Assembly: GCA_002269645.1 (NCBI GenBank)
Contig: NIVC01003990.1
Coordinates: 1 to 64,000 of the forward strand
From: Macrostomum lignano
Lineage: Eukaryota
Direction: 5' to 3'
DNA: 64,000 nt
Under the pieces are notes generated by a model. It was not told where the DNA came from. It did no database searches and saw nothing but the letters and a program-made list of their open reading frames with translations. Both the position numbers and the translations under genes were made by a program. Shown here piece after piece: positions 53,598 through 64,000 of this stretch. How positions within the stretch are numbered: the first letter of the stretch is position 1; each line of letters starts with the position of its first letter.

Positions 53598-54889
53598 CCA
53601 AGCATGTTATTAACTAATCATATTAATTACCAGAATCGTCATGATAATAGTCATGTTGTTATCAATTTATAATAACATATATATAATGCAAACTATTAGA
53701 AGTTGCCACAGGCTGCAGGTTGGGGAACCCTGCTTTATATGGTATCTATGCTTTTTAGAGGTGTCAAAATTAGAGATTTTATTCGAGACGAGATTTGAGA
53801 CAAGAAAGGCTTATAAGTTGAGAAATTTGAGACGAGACAAGACAAAGTAAATCTAAAAATATATATTTCAAAATTGTATCTTGTCTTGCTCTTGTCTTGT
53901 CTTATCTTGTCTTCAATTTCTTGACAAGATACAATTCTAAAATCCATTTTTTAGATTTTTCAGAATACTTTCTTAATTCTAGTTTTAATTCTTTGCTATT
54001 TATTCATACGCATTTATGCTTGTAGGTAGCATATAGGCCCTACTATTACTAATTATAATTAGACCTGCTAGGCCTATATATGATATTTATTTGGCCTATA
54101 TATACATATTATATAATATTACATTAAGTTTATGTTAGTCTATAGATTATATAGTTTATTAACTAAGCCAAGGAAATTGCAACAAAGTAAAATATACAAT
54201 ATATAAAATTATTGGCTTAATATTACAAGGTAAACTAAAACTATTAATTTAAAAAATAGTTTTGTTTTATTTCAATTTAATTTTTTCTTTACATAGACTC
54301 AATTTTCTTGATTCAATTTACTTTTATATTGCTTGCTGCATCAGTGGCATCAAAATTTTAAACTCATGCCCCAAATGCACTTGTAGTAAAATCTTATAGA
54401 TTATAGTCTGATAGTTATGCCCCAAAAGATTTCAGCTTATTAAATAATACTCACTTCATTTCCCATGCAGTTTTATAAAATAAAACATTATCATATGATT
54501 CACAAAAAATAAATAATAAAATATACTTGTCACATTTTATAATTCTAATAAAAAACTATATAGTATTGTTTATAGATTTCAACTTTACCTTACTAAGTCT
54601 TAATAGCACTAGCATGCTTGCTGAGTATAGCTAGCTTGTATTGTATATACAAGATATAACAAATGCAAGCAATTAAATTGACAATATTTTTCTAAATTTA
54701 AAAAAATGCCAGTTTAACAAAATGAATACTGCTTTTATTAGGAATATTGAACATTTTGTAAAGTATTTATTATATTTGTTACAGGACTTCCTTTTTTATT
54801 ATTATTTTGGCATCTTAAACTGAGGCACCAAAAAGCAATCTGGGGCACCAAAATGTAGGGCACTGAAAAGCACAGGCACCAAAATGTAT

Positions 54890-55260
54890 GGAAAACCTCT
54901 AACATTCCTAACCTCTATACTCTCAGTTTACCCTCCATATCCTCAGTTTACCCTTGACTCTCCTTATATGCTCTATACCTTCCCTATATTCTATACCCTC
55001 CCTATATCCTCCTTATCATCTAAAACCCCTATGCCCTCTATACTTTCCATTAATCATCTTTTCCTTTTCTTTGGCCCCTTACCTTTTCCTCTCCCTAGCC
55101 CACACCTTATCCTCCCTTTTAGCCCCCATCATCTTCTTTCCTTAGCCCCTCCCTTTTCTCTTCCTAGCCCCCATCCTTTTTTCCCTTCTAGCCTTATCTT
55201 CTCCCTCTCTCTCTTTACCCATCACTGTCTTTCTATTGCCTTCCCTTTCCCCTATATCAA
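54890..55260 (+). repeat. Pyrimidine-rich low-complexity tract
   Basis: C/T-dominated sequence; the ORFs here are compositional artefacts. Confidence 0.7.
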
Positions 55261-58200
55261 TGCCTATTAGGTCACTGATAGTTCTGCATATTTAACTACC
55301 TTTGAGATTACCTAAATTTCCTAAACTCTGGAAAGCAAAGTGCAAAATGTACAAATTAGATAACTTAAGAAATTTCTATTCTATTGTAAGTCTACATAGG
55401 GCAGCATTCTTTATATCTTTGTCACATCCCAGTTTTGCATCCTACTACCACTTTCAATAGCTCTATTGCTTATTGCCTCTGACAGTTCAGAGGAGGGTAA
55501 ATGCCTCAAGGTAAAATAGATAGTAAGGGCAAAAGGTATATATAGAAGAGAAAATATAAAGAGTCAAGTTTGTAGAGGAGGCTATAGGAAGGTATATAAA
55601 AGGATAGGGAAGGACATACAAATAGTAGGAAAAAAGCCAGTATTATCATAGCTAATAATAGGGAAGGTAGGCACTAGGGAGGGAAATATACAAGTAATGT
55701 AACAATGTCCATTGGGCAAAATACAAAACTTTTAAATTAAAACAGGCTATTTTTTTATAAGTAGCCTAAAGCTTGTTTTTTAACTTGCATAGCTACATGT
55801 ATATTGATCATTATAGCCTTATTTATTCTATGAAAATAACTGTTGCCTATATATAAATGGGCTTTATTCTCAAACAAAAATGCAAGCAATATGTTTGTAA
55901 GTAACTAAAAATATAAAATATAGTTGGATTTACTTACCAAATTATTTTTCAACCAAAAGAAAACGCTACAAGTAATATATAGTGCAATTTAGGCTAGCAT
56001 ACAATTGTAATCACAGAAAGAAGGTAAGCACAAGACTTTTAAAGCATTTTTATATGAAGCAAAATTCATTGCTATATATAAAGATATAGCAAAATCTACA
56101 ATTGAATCATATCAACATAATTTTAAGAGCAGTTCAGGTCTCAAGAATAATTGTTCTTCTTCAATTCCATTTATTTTACTTGAAAAAATGTAGAGATGAC
56201 CTTAATATTTATATAAGATGCAGGAAGTGACCTATGTGCTAAAATAGATTGGGGCTTGATTGGTGAGGCTTCTAGGCCATGAATGCATTAAACAAAAGAG
56301 TAGCAGTATATAGACAAGCTTTATAGCAAATATAGTAAAGAGTAATACAATATATAAAAACTTTGATTTGAACTTGCTACATAGATTCAAACATATTAGG
56401 CACTAGCATTCAATTTTATATGCATATACTGTTTATTCAATTAAGTTGTCCACAAAGAACTATACATTGAATCATTTGAACTATTCTTAAATTGTCTGAA
56501 CTTAAATTTTGTCACATAACTGGTTTGTGTCACTTGGGGATCACTCAGAAGTTTAACAATATCCTTTAAGATTTTTTCTACTTTATTTAAAGAGACTCAA
56601 ATAGCATTCCAAACTAAGCCTTCAGTCCAAATGCTACAGTTAGTAGCTTGATGTCTCAATTAGTCAGCTGTAAAAATTGTAGGACTCATGAAGAAACATA
56701 CTCATCTCTTCTTGAAGTCACTTTACATATGCACTAGTCTCCAAAATTTGCTTTCATAGCAATCAAGATAAGTTTGTGCCAGCAGGGTCTATATCCAGTG
56801 AGGCATAAATCAGCAAGTCAGGGTTAGTGAAGCTTTGAACTGGCTGAGTCTGATAACATTCTAGCAAATGGCAAATCAATTGTTGCATTTTCAATAGAAG
56901 AGTGTCAAGATAGTACATGATTATGCAAAACTCCTTTTGCCCATGTGAGCTATACAAACAGCAGATCTAGATCTAAGGTTTTGTTTTAAATAAAGTGCAG
57001 CTTGCTAATGCATTTAAGACAGTGCAGTGCCACTTGCAAATATGGCAGAATTCTAATTCCAGGAACCCACCCTTCAGGGACTACTCAATACTTCAGATAA
57101 GAAATGTCAAACTTGAAGGCCTATTTACCACTGACAAACTCACTGACTACAAGGTAAAACATATCTCAAAGTAATGCTTTTTAAGGACTAATTTATTAAT
57201 AGATAAGCCTTCAAGTTTCGTCATTTCCTATCCTGAGTAGTCACCCTTTTATAAACCAACTAATTATTTAAACATTGCTTTGGTATAGTTAAATCTTATA
57301 CACTATCATAGGAGTAGAGTTGTAAGAATTTACTTCAATACAAAACTTAGCAAACTTGTAAAAAGGTATACTTTCAAAGTGGAAGTTTCAACAATGCACC
57401 AATTTAGCTTTGTGGATGGCTGTGTGCTTCTTATATAGTCAAAGTTGATCAAGAAGCCAGTCAGCTTTAAAAACAAAATGAGAAGGGGTAGATTCATTAT
57501 TCAAAAAGAAACTAATTATATTATAAAAAGATTGATCAACATAAGAATATAAAGTATATACTTTAAGCTAATAAAGTTATTATGTACACAATTAGAAAAG
57601 ATGAACTGCATCCAAGTGCTTAATGATATATGACAAAAAAGGTTTGCCAATCTAATTGCATCTACTTAAACTAGGAAGCTGGGACTATAAGGCCATAATA
57701 AGGAGTTAATCTGCTTGCAGTGTTCACCATCTATCAATCCACAGCCTTTCATAAGCCAAACTGAATTGACAAGCTAAAATTTAAGCAGTGGATTTAAATA
57801 CATACCATATTACTACATTAATACTTGAAATAAACAAGAAAAAAGGCAAAGATTCTCCTAAGAAAGGAAGCTTTAATTTGTGACAAGCCAATAGTAAACA
57901 GTGCTAATTGTGAACATTTTTTCTATTAGTCTTCTGCACTAGGAAAGTACCTATATAGGGTGTTTGACTTAAAGAAATTCTCTAATATGCCTATAGAGAT
58001 AAAATGCATTGACTACTAGAATGATGCACTCCAATGATACTGTTAATATAGGTTGTCTACTGTCATTTCATCTTGCAGCCTACATTGTAGACATATGTCA
58101 TGTTCTTCACTACTAGTTTGTTGCATAGGTAGTATTGAAGGCAAGATTCTATATAGATAAAATGCTCACTTTTTGTCAAAATGTTAGCACATTTACCAAT

Positions 58201-60055
58201 ATGATTTTAGCAATAGCTTATAACAAATAAGCCATCAAAAAGCACAAAACTTTGAGGCAATAGGAGAGCTTGGTATTGGCATAACTTTTGTTGAATGTTT
58301 CTTTAACTTAATAGACTTCATCTGCCTCTTCTACCAAAATGTTCACAAATGGATTAGGCAAAATTCTATTCAAAGGAACCATATCCTGAACTGAGGCTGA
58401 AAAGGTTGAAAGTTTTATCTATTGCCACATTTTTGGACCAATTAATTGCCTGCCCTTGCATGGTCTATATTCTCAAATAAGGAAATAAAGGCCAAATTAC
58501 CATTGAAAAAAAATGCTTATGGCCTTATTGCTAAGTTATTTTCAAAGGGAATTTTTGCTGATATAGTGCATTTTCTATATGGTAGCACCTGGTGTAAGCT
58601 ATAGCCATAGGCCTTATATTATTTATAAAATAATAAGATAGGCCAAATAGTAATATTTAAGTCTGCATAATGTATCTAGGATTTTTCAACTTTAGGATGC
58701 TTGGGGGATACAGTATATAGATTTCAGTTGAATACATAATTAAATTTAGTTGAATTCATTGAATTCAGTTTTTAATGGTTTAATAAGTTGTCTTCATAGT
58801 AGTGATTCCAATAATGAATAAGTATAAAATACGAGTATAAGTATAAGTAGGCATAGGTTGTTATGCCCTAGTATTTTTCCCCTTAAGTAAGCCTAAATAT
58901 AGTCTATAGCTATATAGTTGTAGTTAAATGTAACTAGATAATAATAGTAATTTGATAACTGAGCTATAGTATAATATTCTATAAAAATGTATCAATATAT
59001 TAATATAATACTTGCATATCATGTATTGTCTTAGGACTTGGAACCTTGGTTACCTTCGACTAAGACCTGCAGCTATAATAAGCATATAGTGGCAAGCAGA
59101 TTGCTAGATGGGATTGCAATGATCAAATCCAGTACCTACTGGAATCATTAGCTATAGCACCACTTCTATATCACAAATTAGGCAAGAACAGTGTTGGGCA
59201 CTATTAATGATAATCTTAACTTCCATTAATGGCAAATGTGTTAGAATTAAAAAAGTCTTAACTTATTAATTCCTAAGTTTGCTATGTAACTGATAATGAT
59301 TAATATGCATTAATATATAACATTAACACAGAACATAAAGGAGTTTTGCACTTTTTCACAACAACAAACTTCATAATGCACTGTCTTTGGCTTTCCATTT
59401 TCTCAGCTGACGCAGAAAGGTTTTCCAAGTGATTTACAATTTATTAAATAACAAATAGTAAGAAAAAGAAACTTCTTTATTTGAAAATGAAAGGTTAATT
59501 ATTATTAAAATATGAACATGTAGGCTGTTTTAGTAGCACTAGCAGGTGCAACAGAAATTTATGGAAGATTGGTAATATATGGTAAAGAAATGAATGAAGT
59601 AATGGTTGTGTAAGCAATAATTAGTTCATATTTAAATAATGAATTTAGTTTATAAACCCAAACAGCTTAGGGTCTATATTTGAAATTTTATATCTTCTGA
59701 CCCTCTGTAGACCTTTACAGTTTACAGTGTAAATAAGCATAGGATAGAAATGGAAGTGTTGGCTCTCAGTGTAGTATTTGCTATTCTTCCTTAGAATAAA
59801 TGTCTATCTTTAATTTTTTAATATTGTTGAACAACTAGAATAAGTGTCAGACGAATGTTTTATTATCTTGTCTTGATTGTCTTGGCAATTGGACAATAAC
59901 CATTTATTTATAATCCTTCAATTCTGTAAGTCGGGTATCACTGAGAAAAACCTATTTGAGGGGGTAGCCCAGCTATGATTGTAGTGCTGCCATTAACACT
60001 TGTAAGTACATTATGCATTATGCATTGTTTGCATGCTCTACTAGAAGCAACAGCA

Positions 60056-60379
60056 ATGGCCCAAAAAGCGGCAAGCAGCAGCAATTACATGAAACGGATG
60101 GCCTATCTGTCTGGCCGAATTTTTGTTGACTTCGCTCGGCCAACGTCTTCTCAGGATCGCAATGTAGCCAGGCGACTGATGGCGGAGCCGTGGGGCCGGC
60201 AGCGGGCCGGCTGGTACCCGCCGCTGGACAGCTTCAGCTCGATATTCCGCAGCCTGCGCTCTATGGGCGTGTTCAGGGACGAGTACCGGGACTTCCAGGA
60301 GGAGATGGACCGGCTTAGAAAACTGCGCGGCAAAGATTCTAAGCATACTCCGTATTTTAATCGGCAAAAGAAAGACTGA
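60056..60379 (+). CDS. MRPS33: Mitochondrial ribosomal protein S33 (107 aa, single exon)
   Basis: YMKRMAYLSGRIF...RPT...WYP...LRSMGVFRDEYRDFQEEMDRLRKLRGK matches the MRPS33 pattern (YAFRMSRLSARLF...WYP...[27 protein letters not shown]). Confidence 0.93.
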   Translation: MAQKAASSSNYMKRMAYLSGRIFVDFARPTSSQDRNVARRLMAEPWGRQRAGWYPPLDSFSSIFRSLRSMGVFRDEYRDFQEEMDRLRKLRGKDSKHTPYFNRQKKD

Positions 60380-60999
60380 TTCGTTCATTCACCAGTTATG
60401 GTTATTACACATAATTTGAGTGAAGTTATTTGTATAGATTTCATAGGCTCAATAAAAGTTCATTAGCTTTTGAGCATTTCAATCAGCAAGCATCAATATG
60501 TGTTGGACTTTCTTAATTATTTTTGTTACGAATTCTCAGTTTAATTTGTCACTCTTTAGCTGCGTACTAACCGTGACCAACTCTGCTTAACTTGTAATAG
60601 GCTGGCTGCCGACGCGCAAAACTCCTTGGCCACTCTCCCATTCCCCCCTGATACTTAACGAGCTGGGCAATTTCCATTAATTGAAATTCGTTTGAAATTG
60701 TTTCTAGTCTAAAAGTACGTATATCTGTACTTTAACCCACCAGTACTTAGTACGTAGTACAAGCATAGACACTGCCACAAATGATCATGTATGTAGAATT
60801 TATAAGAGATATTGTGATAGTGTTTCGTATTGCAAATGTTTCCGATCTTACAAAATATTGTATTTTAAGCTACTTACTAAGTAGTATAAAGCTTCGACTA
60901 TTCTTTTTATAAAAAATTTCAGCCCACAATTTCATCGCTGCTTTCTACACAGCTACTGACAGTAGTGCAGTTGATTTAAAATCTCGCGGTTGTGCTAGA

Positions 61000-63900
61000 A
61001 TGTTCTCCACAAACGCCAGCATCCCGGCCGGGGCTGGCGGCGGCGTCATGGACCACCTGTTCCCCGCCATTGTCCAGTGCTTCGTGGTCATCCTCACCGG
61101 CTACGCCGCCTGTCGCACCGGCCTACTGCCGGAGAGTCAAGCCAAAGGCCTTGGCCGTTTCGTTAGCACTTTTGCATTGCCGTCGCTTATATTTAGATTT
61201 ATGGTTACAATAGATTTGTCAGGTGTTAGCTGGGCCTTTCTAGGCTCCATTCTGGCTACTAAAGTTCTGGTGTTCGCCTCTGTGGCGCTGTTCAGCTTCC
61301 TGCTGGCCTCCGAGCACCGGCTGGCGATTGCCGGCATACTGGGCATCTTCTGCACTCAGACTAACGATTTCGCGCTGGGCTATCCTATATGTGAGCTAAT
61401 GGCCACACCTGTTGCTGGGCCACCGCCTCCCAGATCCTCAGTTGCTGGACCAGCCTCCTAGATCTTCAACTGCTGGGCCACCCTCCCAGATCCTCAGTTG
61501 CTGGGCCAGCCTCTCACTTGCTGGGCCAACACCCCAGATCCTCAGTTGCTGGGCCAGCCTCTCAGATCCTCAGTTACTGGGCCAGCCTCTCAGATCTTCA
61601 GTTACTGGGCCAGCCTCTCAGATCCTCAGTTGCTGGGCCAGCCTCCCAGATCCTCAGTTGCTCGGCCAGACTCTCAGATCCTCAGCTGCTGGGCCAGCCT
61701 CCCAGATTCTCAGTTGCTGGGCCAGCCTCCGAGATCCTCAGTTGCTGGGCCAGCCAGCCTCCTAGATCCTCAGTTGCTGGGCCAGCCTCCTAGATCCTCA
61801 GCTGCTGGGCCAGCCTCCCAGATCCTCAGCTGCTGGGCCAGCCTCCCAGATCCTCAGTTGCTCCTCAGCTGGGCCAGCCTCCCAGATCCTCAGTTGCCCG
61901 GCCTCCCAGATCCTCAGAGCCTCCCAGATCCTCAGCTGCTGGGCCATTGTTCCTCGGCGCCCATCCACTCTGCATTTCAGTGAACATCCTGTTCCCGTCA
62001 ATAACCCGCTACCTGTACCTGTTCGCTCCAATCTCATTCCTGATTATCAATCCAATTGGTTTCATAATGATCGAGATTGACCGGGCTCTGTCAGCGGCAA
62101 GTGCTGGAGCAGCAGCTGATGACCAGCTGTCCGGCTCTGAGCCCGGACAACTGGCAGCCAATAGCGATTGCGCTGCTGTTAAAGAGTCCAGCCAGCCAGA
62201 GACTAACAATCGGCAGCGCTGCTTAGATGTGCTAGGCGACATTGCCAAAGGCGTCCTACTCAACCCGTTAGTATTCATGTCCGCTCTTGGCGTCATATTC
62301 AATTTCATCTGCTCCAGACGCCTGCCAGAGATAGTGGACTCTGTGTTATCCATATTTGGCAATGCGTTCAGCGCTACAGCACTATTCTATTTGGGCGTTA
62401 ATATGGTTGGAAAAACTGCCCAGCTGCGATCCGGGTCTCTGCTATTCGGACTAATGCTAATTCTCATTATTAAACTGCTTATAGCGCCATTTGTTATGAG
62501 AGAGTTAGTGCAGAGCTTCAGGCCTGGTGTCTATGCTAACGATACTCTGGCCTACTCAACCTTTGCCTTCCTCTATGGCGCCCTGCCACCGGCTCCAACT
62601 GTGTTCGTCTATACTGCCCAGTTCTCCATCGCTAGTCCGGCACCGGAACTAGTAGCTTCCGGCCTAGTCTCTAGTACATTCCTGTGCGCTCCGCTTATGT
62701 ACATCTCGTCTCGGCTAATTCTGCTGCCGATTATGTCGCCAACAGACTATGAACAGTTTATTTGTCACACGTCAATCAATGTCAGCTTGGTTAGCTTGGC
62801 TTGTCAACTTGTCACTCTAGCTTATTTATTATTAAGTAGGCGAGCATTTCGGGTGCCTCATCTGTTCTTGCTCAGCCTGCTAGCTTGTCACTGTGTCACC
62901 TGTCTGGCCATGGTAGTGTCCCAGGCTTTACCGCAGGATCCTTCTCGTCATCAGCTTAATCTTCTACAATTTGTTGCCTTCTTCTTTGGCGTTGTTGGCA
63001 CTAGAATTTGGACAGCCGTGCTAGCCGTATCCATGCTACTACTGCGAATGCGCGGACTGTGCTATGTACTGAAGTACAAGGCGTACTTTTTCTTTACCGG
63101 ATTTGGGTGAGTGCTATTTATTGTTACTTGTGGAATGTCGACTTAACTTCAGGCTGTTCTCGACTAAATGCAGCAGCTGGGGTTGGTTTATGGCCCAGTC
63201 TCGGGGTTGGTTTATGGCCCAGTCTCGGGGTTGGTTTATGGCCCAGTCTCGGGTTGGTTTATGGCCCAGTCTCGGGGTTGGTTTATGGCCCAGTCTCGGG
63301 GTTGGTTTATGGCCCAGTCTTGGGGTTGGTTTATGGCCCAGTCTTGGGGTTGGTTTATGGCCCAGTCTCGGGGTTGGTTTATGGCCCAGTCTCGGGGTTG
63401 GTTTATGGCCCAGTCTCGGGGTTGGTTTATGGCCAATTCTTGGGGTTGGAGTTGGTTTATGGCCGAGTCTTGTGTTGGAGTTGTTTTATGGCCGAGTCTT
63501 TGGTTGGAGTTGGTTTATGGCCGAGTCTTGGGGTTGGAGTTGGTTTATGGCCGAGTCTTGGGGTTGGAGTTGGTTTATGGCCGAGTCTTGGGGTTGGAGT
63601 TGTTTTATGGCCGAGTCTTTGGGGTTGGAGTTGTTTTATGGCCGAGTCTTGGGGTTGGTTTATAGCCGAGTCTCGGATTAGTTTCTGGCCGAGTCTCGGG
63701 TCTCTGGTTGTTTTATGGCCGAGTCTAGAATTAGTTTATTGCCGAGTCTCGGGCTAGGTTTATGGTGGAAAAACACACGGAAAGCCTTAAGCTGACATTA
63801 AATCCCCATTTTATCATTAATCCCCGAGAGTGCAAGGAAGGAAGTCTGTCAGCGTTTCTAGTCGATTTTAGTTAAAAGTTTAAATACATTATTCAGTTGC

Positions 63901-64000
63901 TACATGTAAATTATGGAGATTATTATCCAAATCCCCCGTTCCCAATCTTAAGGCTGACTACATTTCTGGCGGGCATCATGCTGATTTCCACTACCAATGC
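61000..64000 (+). CDS. GPR155: GPR155/LYCHOS (PIN-like transporter domain + GPCR-like domain), 5' part; runs off the window
   Basis: Exon 1 61000-61390 (LFPAIVQCFVVILTGY...GLGRFVSTFALPSLIF...IFCTQTNDFALGYPI), exon 2 61981-63106 (YLYLFAPISFLIINPIGF...LLNPLVFM...FSATALFYLG...YGALPPAPTVFVY), exon 3 from 63953; phases are consistent. Confidence 0.92.
61408..61945. repeat. 28-bp intronic minisatellite (CCCAGATCCTCAGTTGCTGGGCCAGCCT)
   Basis: Tandem array filling GPR155 intron 1. Confidence 0.92.
63176..63760. repeat. 24-bp intronic minisatellite (GGGGTTGGTTTATGGCCCAGTCTC) grading into 30-bp variants
   Basis: Tandem array in GPR155 intron 2. Confidence 0.92.

Noticed and set aside
46760-59900. Short ORFs in the AT-rich stretch; idea of a piRNA cluster
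   Set aside because: ORFs have no domain features, and piRNA-cluster status cannot be judged without small-RNA data.
61412-63757. DPQLLGQ and GLVYGPVS repeat ORFs
   Set aside because: They are intronic minisatellites of GPR155 with 28-bp (non-triplet) and 24-bp units; the flanking splice sites give a correct GPR155 frame without them.

Overview
Eukaryotic (intron-containing) animal DNA. The gene content and repeat landscape suggest a flatworm such as Macrostomum, but that is inference only. From left to right: (1) a 20-bp satellite interrupted by a full-length LOA/R1-group LINE (APE-RT-RNase H, 13-bp TSD); (2) a multi-exon ZCCHC14/ZCCHC2-like gene on the minus strand (N-terminal domain, PX-like domain, SAM) with intronic minisatellites and a CORE-like SINE; (3) a divergent single-exon TRPV-like channel; (4) two convergent ankyrin-repeat + Mab-21/cGAS-like (cGLR) genes whose C-lobes are near-identical in patches, flanking MITEs, a candidate FLRY-amide peptide ORF and a hidden secreted dual-repeat protein; (5) a Penelope-like element with a minimal hammerhead ribozyme; (6) two inverted hAT-type MITEs; (7) an intact three-exon Piwi gene; (8) about 13 kb of AT-rich repeat debris; (9) MRPS33; (10) the 5' part of GPR155/LYCHOS. 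Many frameshifts in the repeat and paralogous genes are 1-bp losses in short base runs and may be assembly errors. The most interesting candidate system is the TRP-like channel plus ANK-cGLR pair cluster.
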